A stretch of DNA of 64,000 nucleotides from contig CP064979.1 in assembly GCA_016699575.1 (NCBI GenBank), positions 2,576,824 to 2,640,823 on the forward strand. The letters are read 5' to 3'. The notes under the pieces were generated by a model, which had not been told where the DNA came from, did no database searches, and saw only the letters and a list, made by a program, of their open reading frames with translations. Below are positions 20,623 to 30,892 of the stretch, piece by piece. The number at the start of each line of letters is the position of its first letter. The stretch's first letter is position 1. This DNA is from Flavobacteriales bacterium. GTDB taxonomy: Bacteria > Bacteroidota > Bacteroidia > Flavobacteriales_F > PHOS-HE28. Position numbers and translations under genes: made by a program.

Positions 20623-23397
20623 ATGGACAAGTACTCCTACCTGAGCAACGTCGACAGCGCCTGGCTCGACGACCTGCACCAACAATACCAGAAGGACCCC
20701 GCCAGCGTCGAAACCGGTTGGGCCCGCTTCTTCGAGGGCTTCGAGTTCGCCCGATCACTGGAAGGCGACACTTACCTGACGGCTGCCCCGAATGCACCAG
20801 CACCCGGTGGTAATGACCGCTTCGAGAAGGAGTTCAAGGTGCTCGACCTCATCAATGCCTACCGCCAGCGCGGGCACCTGTTCACGAAAACGAACCCCGT
20901 TCGCGATCGGCGCAAGTACAGTCCTACGCTCGATCTGGAGAACTTCAACCTGAGCGACGCCGACCTGGACACCGTTTTCAGCGCGGGCAATGAAGTGGGC
21001 ATCGGCCCCAGCAAGTTGCGCGATATCGTGGCGCTGCTCCAGCAGACCTATTGCCAGAGCATCGGCGTGGAGTTCAAGTTCATCCGCGATCCGGAAAAGA
21101 TCAAGTGGATGCAGCAGCGCATGGAAGGGGTGCGCAATACGCCCTCTTTCAGCATCGATCAGAAGAAGGACATCCTGGAGAAGCTGAACGAAGCCGTGGT
21201 CTTCGAGCGCTTCCTAGGCAAGAAGTTCATCGGCGCCAAACGCTTCAGCATCGAAGGCGCGGAGGCGTTGATCCCCGCATTGGACACGGTGATCGAGCAT
21301 GGCGCGGAGCTGGGCATCACGGAGTATGTCATCGGCATGGCGCACCGCGGGCGCTTGAACGTGCTGGCCAATACACTGCGCAAGAGCTACGACCAGATCT
21401 TCTCGGAGTTCGAAGGCAAGGACTACGAGGATCAGCTCGTGGAGGGCGATGTGAAGTACCACATGGGGTACAGCAGCAAGGTGAAGACGAACACCGGAAA
21501 GGAGGTTCGTTTGACGCTTGCGCCGAACCCGAGCCATTTGGAAACCGTGGGCCCGATCATGGAAGGCATCTCCCGCGCCATCATCGAGCACGACGACAAC
21601 TTCGCGAAGGGCATCACTGCGCCGATCCTCATCCACGGCGATGCGGCTGTCGCTGGTCAAGGCGTCGTGTACGAAGTGGTGCAGATGGCCGGGCTGAAGG
21701 CCTACGAGGTCGGTGGCACCATCCACATCGTGGTGAACAACCAGGTCGGCTTCACCACCAACTACATCGACGCGCGTACCAGCACGTACTGCACCGATGT
21801 CGCCAAGGTGACCCAATGCCCCGTCTTCCACGTGAACGGCGACGATGCCGAGGCGGTGGCCTACACCGTGCAGCTGGCCATGGATTTCCGCCAGCGCTAC
21901 AGCAAGGACGTGTGGGTGGACATCCTCTGCTACCGCAAGCACGGCCACAACGAGGGCGACGAGCCCAAGTTCACGCAGCCGGTGCTGTACAAAAAGATCG
22001 CGGCACACCCTGATCCGCGCGAAATCTATACGCAGAAGCTCATCGACAGCGGCGTGGAAGGTGCGCGGGAGATGGCGCAGGAGATGGAGCGCTCGTTCAC
22101 CGAGATGCTGGACGCACGCCTCACTGAAGCGAAGCAAGTGCGCGTAGGCAAGATCACCAACTTCCTCGAAGAGCGCTGGAAAGGCTTCAAGCGCGCCGAC
22201 GCGAAGGACTTCCTGAAGTCACCGGCCACGGGCGTGAAGAAGGAGACGCTTCAACTGATCGGGGAAAAGCTGAGCGTGCTTCACCCGGACGGCAAGAAGT
22301 TCTTCAGCAAGGTGGAGAAGATCCTCGGTGACCGGAAGAAGATGATGGATACCGGCGTCCTCGACTGGAGCATGGGCGAGCTGCTGGCTTATGGATCCTT
22401 GCTGGTCGAAGGTCATCCCGTGCGCTTCACAGGACAGGATGTAGAACGCGGCACGTTCTCACACCGCCATGCTGTTGTGAAAGTCGAGGATAGCGAGGAG
22501 GAGTTCATCCACCTGAAGCACATCCGGGAAGGACAAGCGCTGTTGCAGATCTACAACTCGCTGCTCAGCGAGTACGCGGTGCTCGGCTTCGAGTACGGCT
22601 ACGCGCTGGCCATGCCGAATTCGCTCACCATCTGGGAAGCGCAGTTCGGTGATTTCGTCAACGGCGCGCAGATCGTACTGGACCAATACCTGTGTTGCGC
22701 AGAGGAGAAGTGGGGCACGCAGAACGGCACGGTGCTCCTGCTGCCCCACGGCTACGAAGGCCAGGGCGCGGAGCACAGCAGCGCGCGCATGGAGCGCTTC
22801 CTGCAGAGCTGTGCCGATGAGAACATGGTGGTGGTGAACTGCACCACGCCCGCTAATTTCTTCCACGCGTTACGTCGCCAGTTGAAGTGGGACTTCCGCA
22901 AGCCGCTCGTCGCCTTCTCCCCGAAGAGTTTGCTGCGTCACCCGAAGTGCGTGAGCAAATTGGATGAGTTGACGACCGGCTCGTTCCAAGAGCTGATCGA
23001 CGATGCAAGTGCCGATGCGAAGAAGGTGAAGACCGTGATCTTCACGCAAGGCAAGATCCACTACGACCTCGCCGAGCATCGTGAGAAGAACAACATCACG
23101 GATACCGCGCTCGTGCGCATCGAACAGATCCATCCGCTGCCCGCAGAGCAGATGCGTGCGGTGATCAAGAAGTACGCGAAGGCCGAGCGCTACATCTGGG
23201 TACAGGAGGAGCCGTTGAACATGGGTGCGTGGCAGTACATCGCCATGAACTTCACCGATGTGAAATGGGAAGTGATCGCGCGCCCTGCCAGCGGCGCCCC
23301 GGCCACCGGCAGCAGCAAACGCAGCGCGAACCAGCAGATCGCGATCATCGAGAAGGCGTTCGCCAATGCGGCGACGAAGGTGAAAGTAAAAGCCTGA
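20623..23397 (+). CDS. sucA: 2-oxoglutarate dehydrogenase E1 component
   Basis: MDKYSYLSNVDSAWLDDLHQQYQKDP..., the TPP-binding region and overall architecture of SucA. The ATG at 20623 was verified. Confidence 0.95.
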   Translation: MDKYSYLSNVDSAWLDDLHQQYQKDPASVETGWARFFEGFEFARSLEGDTYLTAAPNAPAPGGNDRFEKEFKVLDLINAYRQRGHLFTKTNPVRDRRKYSPTLDLENFNLSDADLDTVFSAGNEVGIGPSKLRDIVALLQQTYCQSIGVEFKFIRDPEKIKWMQQRMEGVRNTPSFSIDQKKDILEKLNEAVVFERFLGKKFIGAKRFSIEGAEALIPALDTVIEHGAELGITEYVIGMAHRGRLNVLANTLRKSYDQIFSEFEGKDYEDQLVEGDVKYHMGYSSKVKTNTGKEVRLTLAPNPSHLETVGPIMEGISRAIIEHDDNFAKGITAPILIHGDAAVAGQGVVYEVVQMAGLKAYEVGGTIHIVVNNQVGFTTNYIDARTSTYCTDVAKVTQCPVFHVNGDDAEAVAYTVQLAMDFRQRYSKDVWVDILCYRKHGHNEGDEPKFTQPVLYKKIAAHPDPREIYTQKLIDSGVEGAREMAQEMERSFTEMLDARLTEAKQVRVGKITNFLEERWKGFKRADAKDFLKSPATGVKKETLQLIGEKLSVLHPDGKKFFSKVEKILGDRKKMMDTGVLDWSMGELLAYGSLLVEGHPVRFTGQDVERGTFSHRHAVVKVEDSEEEFIHLKHIREGQALLQIYNSLLSEYAVLGFEYGYALAMPNSLTIWEAQFGDFVNGAQIVLDQYLCCAEEKWGTQNGTVLLLPHGYEGQGAEHSSARMERFLQSCADENMVVVNCTTPANFFHALRRQLKWDFRKPLVAFSPKSLLRHPKCVSKLDELTTGSFQELIDDASADAKKVKTVIFTQGKIHYDLAEHREKNNITDTALVRIEQIHPLPAEQMRAVIKKYAKAERYIWVQEEPLNMGAWQYIAMNFTDVKWEVIARPASGAPATGSSKRSANQQIAIIEKAFANAATKVKVKA

Positions 23398-23398
23398 G

Positions 23399-23500
23399 CA
23401 AGACTCAATTCACAAGACACAAGTCCAAAGACACAAGTAGGATCACCAAGCACCCGGACCTTGACACTTGAGTCTTGTGTCTTGTGACTTGAGTCTTCAA
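23399..23500. repeat. Imperfect ~38-bp inverted repeat (CAAG-rich) forming a large stem-loop in the sucA-sucB spacer
   Basis: Left arm aagactcaattcacaagacacaag... pairs with right arm ...cttgtgtcttgtgacttgagtctt at about 29 of 38 positions. The loop is ~22 nt. Confidence 0.6.
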
Positions 23501-23512
23501 TCAAGAACGATC

Positions 23513-24748
23513 ATGGCAATAGTTGAAATAAAGGTTCCCAGTCCCGGAGAAAGCATCAGCGAAGTGCGCATTGCGCGCTGGCTTGTGAAGGATGGTGATG
23601 TGGTGAGCAAGGACCAGGTGCTGGGCGAGATCGACAGCGACAAGGCCACGCTGGAGCTGAGTGCCGAGGCCGAAGGCAAAGTGCAACTGCTCGCTAAGGA
23701 AGACCAGACGGTGAACGTGGGTGATGTGGTGGTGAAAGTCGACACCTCGTTCAAGGCCGAGAAGAAGGAGAAAGCCGCCGCACCAGTCGCAGCTGCCTCT
23801 GCGCCCGCCGCGAAAGCTGAAGCGCCCAAAGCTGCTCCGGCTGCTACCGCTGCACACGCGACGCCGGTAGCCAAGGCCATGCTCGATGACAAAGGCGTGA
23901 GCGCCGACAAGGTGAAGGGCAGCGGTCCGAACGGACGTATTACCAAGAGCGACGTGGTGGCCTACGTGGCCGGCGGTGTAAAGGCCGATGCGATCGCTCT
24001 CAACGGCTGGGGCGGTTCCCGTAACCAGAACCGCGTGAAGATGACCACCCTCCGCAAGAAGGTGGCGGAACGACTTGTCGCGGTGAAGAACCAGACCGCC
24101 ATGCTCACCACGTTCAACGAGGTGGATATGAGCGCGGTGATAGCCCTGCGCGACAAATACAAGGACAAGTTCAAGGAGCAGCACGGCGTGAACCTCGGCT
24201 TCATGAGCTTCTTCACCAAGGCAGTGACGGAAGCACTGCGCCTCTTCCCGGCTGTGAACGGCCAGATCGACGGCGAGGAACTCGTGATGCACGACTACGC
24301 GGATATCGGTATCGCCGTGAGTTCGCCGAAAGGTCTCATGGTACCCGTGCTGCGGAATGCGGAAAAAATGTCGCTCGCCGAGATCGAGGCGGGAATCAAG
24401 ACCCTTGCGGTGAAAGCGCGCGACGGCAAGCTCAGCATTGATGAGATGACCGGTGGCACGTTCACCATCACCAACGGCGGCGTGTTCGGCAGCATGCTCA
24501 GCACGCCGATCATCAACCCGCCGCAGAGCGCCATCCTCGGCATGCACAACATCGTGGAGCGGCCCGTAGCCGTGAATGGCCAGGTGGTCATCCGCCCGAT
24601 CATGTACGTGGCGCTCAGCTACGATCACCGCATCATCGACGGCAAGGAAAGCGTGAGCTTCCTCATGGCCGTGAAGCAGATGATCGAGGATCCCGATAAG
24701 ATGGTCTTCGGGAACCGGGAGCCGGGCGAGGTGTTATTGGGGTTGTAG
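23513..24748 (+). CDS. sucB: Dihydrolipoyllysine-residue succinyltransferase (E2 of 2-oxoglutarate dehydrogenase)
   Basis: [18 protein letters not shown].. is a lipoyl domain with the conserved Lys. There is an Ala/Pro-rich linker. The catalytic domain ends ..DHRIIDGKE. Confidence 0.95.
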   Translation: MAIVEIKVPSPGESISEVRIARWLVKDGDVVSKDQVLGEIDSDKATLELSAEAEGKVQLLAKEDQTVNVGDVVVKVDTSFKAEKKEKAAAPVAAASAPAAKAEAPKAAPAATAAHATPVAKAMLDDKGVSADKVKGSGPNGRITKSDVVAYVAGGVKADAIALNGWGGSRNQNRVKMTTLRKKVAERLVAVKNQTAMLTTFNEVDMSAVIALRDKYKDKFKEQHGVNLGFMSFFTKAVTEALRLFPAVNGQIDGEELVMHDYADIGIAVSSPKGLMVPVLRNAEKMSLAEIEAGIKTLAVKARDGKLSIDEMTGGTFTITNGGVFGSMLSTPIINPPQSAILGMHNIVERPVAVNGQVVIRPIMYVALSYDHRIIDGKESVSFLMAVKQMIEDPDKMVFGNREPGEVLLGL

Positions 24749-24772
24749 GTCGAACACGAATTCTATTGGCGC

Positions 24773-25177
24773 ATGCCAGCTCGGGGAACACAACAACTTG
24801 AACAGATTCTCCGGGAGAGGTTCACGACGACGTACATGTCGGATTCCAAGTGGAGGAAGTTTGCCGATTTGGTGCGTGAGCCACGCTTCAACATCCAGCA
24901 GGTGGTCTGGAAGTTTGTTTACACGGACAAGGAGATTCGCAGCCGACTGAATTGGCTCCAGGACAACGGAGAAGACACGTTCGAAGTAGGACCCTTCTTC
25001 TACAAAGAGGTGGAATGGGTCGAAATTCCCCAAGTCGGCTTTAACCATGGCGATGAGAAGGTTCCAACGCGCCACTGGCAGCAGGATGTTCCGGCTTTCC
25101 GTGAAGCGCTTTGTGCTCTGGGTGAATTTGAGGTTTTTGCGACAGACCGTGGACTCCGAGTCATCGGATACAGGTGA
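24773..25177 (+). CDS. Hypothetical protein (134 aa)
   Basis: ORF with a GC3-rich codon pattern. No family assigned. The start could instead be at 24836. Confidence 0.4.
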   Translation: MPARGTQQLEQILRERFTTTYMSDSKWRKFADLVREPRFNIQQVVWKFVYTDKEIRSRLNWLQDNGEDTFEVGPFFYKEVEWVEIPQVGFNHGDEKVPTRHWQQDVPAFREALCALGEFEVFATDRGLRVIGYR

Positions 25178-25246
25178 TCATCTTATTGGTCTAGTAGGGC
25201 GGGCCTCGCTTTCAGCCATGGTTTAGCCACGCGAAATCGAATCTTA

Positions 25247-25897
25247 CTAGTCCAGCACATCCACCATGATCGCCTCTGTGCTGTCCGGATCCACGTACAG
25301 CCAGCGCCAGTTCCGGCCAGGTTGTACCTCCCAGTAGTAGGTGGTGATGGTGTCCCCAAGGTTTTCAGGAGCAAAGGGACCGGCAGCATCCGCGCCACCA
25401 TATACGCGGTCGGCTGCGTGGCTGACGCTTCGCGTTCCAGTGTACGGGGCCATCGATAGGATCCTCTGGACCTCGCGCGGGCAGGTCTTCATGCGCAGGC
25501 TTATGCCGGTGTCGATCTTCGGCACCACTTGATCGCGATGGTCGGTGACAGTCACGCAGGCGGGTGTTTCGTCGAAGAATGCTGCATATATCTCGCTGCC
25601 TGTTCTTGGCTTGAAGGCGTCCGGTATGCCGCGAACCACTTCGCTCGCCTTGTCCATTCCCGCGCGCGTTGTATGGAAGACATCCTGCGCGTCTTGAGCA
25701 ACTCCTCTTGCAGCACCTGCGGCTTTGTGGGCGGTCAGGTATACAGCGCTTAACCCACAACCCACTGCAACGACCAGTGCAGCAACGGCGCCAAGGATCC
25801 AAAAGGGTCGCTTCTTGATCAGTCCGAAGATCAGGAGCAGCAGGAACGCCAACCCGAAAAGGCCGCACGCAACGAAGAGCAGGGCGATGGTCAGCAT
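25247..25897 (-). CDS. Hypothetical membrane protein (two N-terminal TM helices)
   Basis: MLTIALLFVACGLFGLAFLLLLIFGLIKKRPFWILGAVAALVVAVGCGL. Confidence 0.5.
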   Translation of the reverse strand: MLTIALLFVACGLFGLAFLLLLIFGLIKKRPFWILGAVAALVVAVGCGLSAVYLTAHKAAGAARGVAQDAQDVFHTTRAGMDKASEVVRGIPDAFKPRTGSEIYAAFFDETPACVTVTDHRDQVVPKIDTGISLRMKTCPREVQRILSMAPYTGTRSVSHAADRVYGGADAAGPFAPENLGDTITTYYWEVQPGRNWRWLYVDPDSTEAIMVDVLD

Positions 25898-25927
25898 GGT
25901 TGGTCGCTCCCCCCTCGGGTGCCGAGA

Positions 25928-26803
25928 CTATGCCCCCACCGCCTCCACCTCCTTGCTCACCTTCTTGAAAAGCCCTTGTAGCACGGTGCCCGGCCCGACT
26001 TCCACCACCTTCTTCGCGCCATCGCCGAGCATGTTCTGCATGGTCTGCGTCCAGCGCACGGGCGCGGTGAGCTGCGCGATGAGGTTGGCCTTGATGCGCG
26101 CAGGGTCGGTGTGTGCGCGGGCGTCCACGTTTTGGTAAACTGGGCAGCGCGGGTTCACGATGGGCGTGTACTCGATCGCAGTGGCGAGCTCGGCACGTGC
26201 GGGTTCCATCAGCGGGCTGTGGAACGCGCCGCCCACTTGCAGCACGAGCGCACGCTTTGCACCGGCGGTCTTCATGGCTTCGCACGCGGCGTTCACGGCT
26301 TCCACCGTGCCGCTGATCACCAATTGGCCGGGGCAGTTGTAGTTGGCGGGCACCACCACGCCGGGGATGGCAGCACAGATCTCTTCCACTTTGGCATCTT
26401 CCAATCCGATGATGGCGGCCATGGTGCTGGGCTGCAGTTCGCAGGCTTTCTGCATGGCGTTGGCGCGCGCGGCCACCAGCTTCAAGCCATCGCTGAATTC
26501 CATGGCACCTGCCGCCACCAGCGCGCTGAACTCGCCCAGCGAGTGCCCGGCCGTCATGGCGGGTTGGAACGCATCGCCCATCACTTTGGCCTTCACCACG
26601 CTGTGCAGGAAGATGGCGGGTTGCGTCACCTTGGTCTGCTTCAGGTCCGCCTCGGTGCCCTTGAACATCACATCGGTGATGTTGAAGCCGAGCGTGTCGT
26701 TGGCATGCTCGAACCAGATGCGGGCGTTGTTGTCGGCGTCGTACAGGTCCTTGCCCATGCCGGGGAATTGGGAACCCTGGCCGGGGAATACATAGGCGGT
26801 CAT
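25928..26803 (-). CDS. fabD: Malonyl-CoA:ACP transacylase
   Basis: MTAYVFPGQGSQFPGMG...GHSLGEFSALVAAG has the active-site GHSLG. Confidence 0.95.
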   Translation of the reverse strand: MTAYVFPGQGSQFPGMGKDLYDADNNARIWFEHANDTLGFNITDVMFKGTEADLKQTKVTQPAIFLHSVVKAKVMGDAFQPAMTAGHSLGEFSALVAAGAMEFSDGLKLVAARANAMQKACELQPSTMAAIIGLEDAKVEEICAAIPGVVVPANYNCPGQLVISGTVEAVNAACEAMKTAGAKRALVLQVGGAFHSPLMEPARAELATAIEYTPIVNPRCPVYQNVDARAHTDPARIKANLIAQLTAPVRWTQTMQNMLGDGAKKVVEVGPGTVLQGLFKKVSKEVEAVGA

Positions 26804-26896
26804 GCGTGATGGGTTGTTGGTGCGTCCCGGAGCGCGCTGCTCGTCGGAAGCGTGACGAATATCGCTAACGGCCCGATCGCTCGGTGTTCCGGCGGG

Positions 26897-27535
26897 TCAA
26901 TGAAGTTTCGAGGAGATGAGCTGGATGAACTCCTTGCGGGTAGTATCACTCTTGAGGAACACGCCGGTGAAGGCACTGGTAGTGGTGACACTGTTCTGCT
27001 TCTGCACCCCGCGCATGCGCATGCACAGGTGGTCGCACTCCATCACCACGGCCACGCCTTGGGGCTTCAACGTCTCATGGATGCAGTCGCGGATCTGGTC
27101 GGTGAGGCGCTCCTGCACCTGCAACCGGCGTGCGAAGGCGTCGACCACGCGCGGGATCTTGCTCAGGCCCACGATGCGGCCGTTCGGGATGTAGGCCACG
27201 TGTGCCTTGCCGAAGAAGGGCAGCATGTGGTGCTCGCACAGGCTGTACACCTCGATGTCCTTCACCAGCACCATCTGGCTGTACTTCTCCGTGAACATGG
27301 CGCTGCGCAGGATCTCGCGCGGGTCGAGGTCGTAACCGTGCGTGAGGTACTGCAGCGCCTTGGCCACGCGCTCGGGGGTCTTCGCCAGGCCCTCGCGCTT
27401 GGGGTCCTCGCCGATCTGGTGCAGGATGTCGCCGTAATGCTGACCGATGCGCGCAATGCGCTTCGCGTCGTACATGTCGATGCGCTCGTAGCCCTCGGCC
27501 GAGTCGCCCGTTGCGGAGGTTTTGCTTTTGGCCAT
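26897..27535 (-). CDS. folE: GTP cyclohydrolase I
   Basis: ...[36 protein letters not shown].. is the FolE signature. Confidence 0.95.
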   Translation of the reverse strand: MAKSKTSATGDSAEGYERIDMYDAKRIARIGQHYGDILHQIGEDPKREGLAKTPERVAKALQYLTHGYDLDPREILRSAMFTEKYSQMVLVKDIEVYSLCEHHMLPFFGKAHVAYIPNGRIVGLSKIPRVVDAFARRLQVQERLTDQIRDCIHETLKPQGVAVVMECDHLCMRMRGVQKQNSVTTTSAFTGVFLKSDTTRKEFIQLISSKLH

Positions 27536-27545
27536 GGTCGATCGT

Positions 27546-27989
27546 TCACCTCTTCACCGGAGAGGATGGGTGAGGCCCGTAGTACTCCACGCTGTTGTTC
27601 TCCGTCTCCTGCAGCTTGATGCAGTGCAAGGTGCAACCCAGCGCGTTGATGGGCTGTTCCAGTTGCTTCCAGAAGGCGATGGCCAGGTTCTCCGTGCTGC
27701 TGTATGTGCCCTTCATGAACGCCACGTCGAGGTCGATGTTCTTGTGGTCCACCTGATCGATGACGCGCTCCTTGATGATGCGGCTCACCTGCGACAGGTC
27801 GGCCACGAAACCGGTCTCGTTGCTGGGCTCGCCCTTCACCGTCACCCACAGCTCGTAGTTGTGCCCATGCCAGTTGGGGTTGGCGCACTTGCCGAACACG
27901 CTCATGTTCTTTTCCGGCGACCAGTCGGGCCGGCTCAGCTTGTGGGCCGCGCTGAACCGTTCGCGGCGGGTGATGAACACTGTGGGCAT
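27546..27989 (-). CDS. 6-pyruvoyl-tetrahydropterin synthase family protein (PTPS/QueD-like)
   Basis: RFSAAHKL...[11 protein letters not shown] are the PTPS catalytic motifs. It is adjacent to folE. Confidence 0.9.
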   Translation of the reverse strand: MPTVFITRRERFSAAHKLSRPDWSPEKNMSVFGKCANPNWHGHNYELWVTVKGEPSNETGFVADLSQVSRIIKERVIDQVDHKNIDLDVAFMKGTYSSTENLAIAFWKQLEQPINALGCTLHCIKLQETENNSVEYYGPHPSSPVKR

Positions 27990-28084
27990 CGTGCCTGGTT
28001 ATGAGGGCGGCGAAGGTAGGCCGGGCGCTTTCGCCGCTCCTACTTTCGCCCCCCGTCTTCGCCTAAGGCTATGGCGGCCAACGC

Positions 28085-29050
28085 ATGATCGTCGTCACGG
28101 GTGCCGCAGGTTTCATCGGGAGCTGTTTGCTGGGCGAGCTCCAGCGCCAAGGCTGGCACGACCTGGTGGCCGTGGACGATTTCTCGCGCGTGGACAAGGC
28201 GCCCAACCTGCTCAACAAGAAGCTGACGGCCCGTGTGGATCGGCGCGACTTTCCGCAGTGGCTCGATGCCAACCAGAAGTTGGTGCAGTTCGTCTTCCAC
28301 CTCGGGGCGCGCACGGACACCACCGAGTTCGACAAGAGCATCTTCGACGAGCTGAACGTGCGCTACAGCAAGGCGGTGTGGGAGCGGTGCACGCGCTACC
28401 AGATCCCCTTGGTGTACGCCAGCAGCGCGGCCACCTACGGCGGTGGCGAACTGGGCTATGATGACGATCATGCACTGATCCCGCAGCTCAAGCCGCTCAA
28501 TCCCTACGGCGATAGCAAGAACGAGTTCGACCAGTGGGTGCTGGAACAGGCGGAGGCGCCGTTCTTCTGGGCAGGTTTGAAGTTCTTCAACGTGTACGGC
28601 CCGAACGAGTACCACAAGGCACGGATGGCAAGCGTCATCTTCCATGCCTTCAACCAGGTGCGCGACGAGGGCGAGGTGAAGCTCTTCCGCAGCCACCGGC
28701 CAGACTACAAGGACGGCGAGCAACTGCGCGACTTCGTGTACGTGAAGGACCTCTGCAATGTGTGCATGTGGCTGATGGAGACGCGCAAGCACCCTGCGAT
28801 CTACAACCTCGGCAGCGGCCGCGCCCGCACCTTCCTCGACCTCGTGCGCGCCACCTTCAAGACGATGGGGAAGGAGGAGCGCATCGTGTTCATCGATACG
28901 CCGGCGGACATCCGCGACAAGTACCAGTACTTCACGGAAGCCCGCATGGAGAAGCTGCGTGCTGCGGGGTACGACAAGCCTTTCCACACGTTGGAAGAGG
29001 GCGTTGCGGATTACGTGGGGAACTACCTGCTGAAGGCCGCTTACTGCTGA
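28085..29050 (+). CDS. hldD: ADP-L-glycero-D-manno-heptose 6-epimerase
   Basis: MIVVTGAAGFIGS...YASSAATYG...NPYGDSK are SDR-family motifs with the HldD/RfaD pattern. Confidence 0.9.
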   Translation: MIVVTGAAGFIGSCLLGELQRQGWHDLVAVDDFSRVDKAPNLLNKKLTARVDRRDFPQWLDANQKLVQFVFHLGARTDTTEFDKSIFDELNVRYSKAVWERCTRYQIPLVYASSAATYGGGELGYDDDHALIPQLKPLNPYGDSKNEFDQWVLEQAEAPFFWAGLKFFNVYGPNEYHKARMASVIFHAFNQVRDEGEVKLFRSHRPDYKDGEQLRDFVYVKDLCNVCMWLMETRKHPAIYNLGSGRARTFLDLVRATFKTMGKEERIVFIDTPADIRDKYQYFTEARMEKLRAAGYDKPFHTLEEGVADYVGNYLLKAAYC

Positions 29051-29385
29051 TCGAGCAGGTTGCGCAAGGCGCTCAGTTGGCTGCGCACGTCAAGCAGCTT
29101 GTCGTGCAGGTCGGTGGCGGATCCCTGCACTTTGTGCTTCGCCTTCAACTGGGTGCGTGCACCTTCAATGGTGTGGCCCTTCACCTTCAGCAGTTCGTAC
29201 TGCTCGCGCACCATGTTCTTTTCCTCGGCCGTATAAAGGCGGTCGCCCTTGGCATCGCGCTTGGGACTGGGCTTGCCGAACTGTTTTTCCCAGAAGCGGA
29301 TCTGCGTGGCGGTCACCCCCAGCTCAACGGCGATCTCGCCGATGGTCCAGTAGAACTTGCCGATCGTTTTCGGTTTCAGTGGCAT
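29041..29385 (-). CDS. MerR-family transcriptional regulator
   Basis: YWTIGEIAVELGVTATQIRFWEKQFG is an HTH, followed by a coiled coil. The ATG at 29385 is preferred over the upstream GTG. Confidence 0.8.
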   Translation of the reverse strand: MPLKPKTIGKFYWTIGEIAVELGVTATQIRFWEKQFGKPSPKRDAKGDRLYTAEEKNMVREQYELLKVKGHTIEGARTQLKAKHKVQGSATDLHDKLLDVRSQLSALRNLLDQQ

Positions 29386-29422
29386 GCTAGGCACCGCGAA
29401 TGTACCTGCGACGGTGGCATGA

Positions 29423-30226
29423 TCAAGGCTTGTGTGTGGGCGGAGCGGTCTTGCGGAAGTCGAGGTTGTAGGTGAGCAGTAAGTGCACCGTGCTGTTCAT
29501 CTCCTGCAGGTCCGCTCCTTGCGCCGCTCCGGGTCGTTGGATGGTCTGCAGCAGATAGCCGATCTGCACATTGCCACCGGAACTGTACTGGTACCCGAGC
29601 AACGCGCTCAAGCGGTTCTGCTGCACGAAGTCCGCTCGCTGGCTATCGCCGAAGCTGATGAACAGTTCGTCGTAGGCCGTGGCGAAAAGCGCGCCCTGTT
29701 CCACTTTGGTGTGATTACCGAACGGCACCGTGATGCCGATGCGGTAACGGAAGCGGTTCTGGTAGTTGTAACGGTCGAGCTCGTAGGCGCCAGGCTCATT
29801 GGCCACGGGTTGCATCACGCTCAGCCAGCGCTCCTCCATGCGGAAGCGGTGCGAAAGCGCCACGCGGCCAAGCGCATTGGACAGCGTCACCTGCTGGTAG
29901 AGGTTGTGCTCCCAGGCTCGCGTTGCGATCGGGTAGTTGCCGTACGGATAATTGATGTAATAGCTGTAACCCCCGGTGATCACCACCTCCGGGCGCCAGT
30001 GGAAACTGACGGCAGGGCGCACGAGCAGCTGTTGCCAGTGTTCGCCCAGTCCTGAACGACGCCAGTGCGCTTCGGAATGAAAGCTCCAACGGTCATGCAA
30101 CATATGATCACCGAGGTGGCTCACCCACAGGTGCGCGTTGCGATCAATGGCCCGTTGTGCGGCGGCCTTCGCGCCGTGCATGAACACCACCGCGGCGAAC
30201 ACGGTGTGCAGGAGCAGGGATCCCAT
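29423..30226 (-). CDS. Hypothetical outer-membrane protein (DUF2490-like)
   Basis: ATG at 30226 gives a signal peptide. The sequence is aromatic-rich with beta-strand character. Confidence 0.55.
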   Translation of the reverse strand: MGSLLLHTVFAAVVFMHGAKAAAQRAIDRNAHLWVSHLGDHMLHDRWSFHSEAHWRRSGLGEHWQQLLVRPAVSFHWRPEVVITGGYSYYINYPYGNYPIATRAWEHNLYQQVTLSNALGRVALSHRFRMEERWLSVMQPVANEPGAYELDRYNYQNRFRYRIGITVPFGNHTKVEQGALFATAYDELFISFGDSQRADFVQQNRLSALLGYQYSSGGNVQIGYLLQTIQRPGAAQGADLQEMNSTVHLLLTYNLDFRKTAPPTHKP

Positions 30227-30243
30227 GGGCGTCCGTTCCATCT

Positions 30244-30273
30244 CAAAAGAGAAGAGCCACGTTCGGTGGCTCT
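30244..30273 (-). terminator. Rho-independent terminator downstream of tRNA-Ser
   Basis: Hairpin aagagccac/gtggctctt with loop gttcg, followed on the minus strand by ctctttt. Confidence 0.5.
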
Positions 30274-30280
30274 TGTTCCA

Positions 30281-30367
30281 GCGGAGAGAGAGGGATTCGA
30301 ACCCCCGTTACCCTTTCAGGTAAACGCACTTTCCAGGCGCGCGCCTTAAACCACTCGGCCATCTCTC
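30281..30367 (-). tRNA. tRNA-Ser (anticodon GGA), class II with long variable arm
   Basis: The reverse complement reads GGAGAGATGGCCGAGTGGTttAAGGCGCGCGCCTGGAAAGTGCG...GGTTCGAATCCC. The anticodon loop cT-GGA-Aa and a long extra arm are present. The 7-bp acceptor stem pairs. Confidence 0.85.
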
Positions 30368-30409
30368 CTTCCGGCCATCGGGACCCTCCCGCTGGCAAGG
30401 GCGGCGAAA

Positions 30410-30841
30410 CTAACCAAGACGACGGAGGGACTGCTTCCCGGGGCCCCTGCGGGCGCTTTCCATCAGCTCCGCGCGTGCTATCGGGTCGCGGAAGTGGATC
30501 TGCAGGTTGTGGAACACGCTTCTGACCTGCATTTCGACAAGCGCGTGCCTTGAGAGCAGCAGCACGTCATTTCCGGAAAGACGGAACTCCAGGCACAGGG
30601 CAGGAGAGGTGGTCGGGACCGTCTCCCAGTTCGACCGGTCGGCGTCGCAGTGAAGTACGAGCATGGCACTGTTCTCCAGGACCGCGATGACCAGGATGGA
30701 ACCCAAAGGGTCGAGGAAACGTCGCGCCAAGCCGGTCAGGCGAACATAGAGTACCGGCTGGTCATCGACGGTGGCGAGCCAGATGGCGGAACCCGTCGTG
30801 CCGGTCTGCCAAGGGCCGGTGAACAGGACGCAGCTGTGCAT
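30410..30841 (-). CDS. Hypothetical protein (143 aa)
   Basis: ORF adjacent to the tRNA. No family assigned. Confidence 0.35.
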   Translation of the reverse strand: MHSCVLFTGPWQTGTTGSAIWLATVDDQPVLYVRLTGLARRFLDPLGSILVIAVLENSAMLVLHCDADRSNWETVPTTSPALCLEFRLSGNDVLLLSRHALVEMQVRSVFHNLQIHFRDPIARAELMESARRGPGKQSLRRLG

Positions 30842-30892
30842 GTCCTTGGAACGGAACAGTAACGCAACGGTTACATAGATACCCAAAGGTTA

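Noticed and set aside
21051-22137. Alternative-frame ORFs (320 aa plus-strand, 307 aa minus-strand) inside sucA
   Set aside because: They are out of frame with or antisense to the E1 gene. Their translations are Arg/Gly-rich and repetitive.
28040-28987. 315-aa minus-strand ORF over hldD
   Set aside because: Antisense artefact. hldD on the plus strand has clear SDR motifs.
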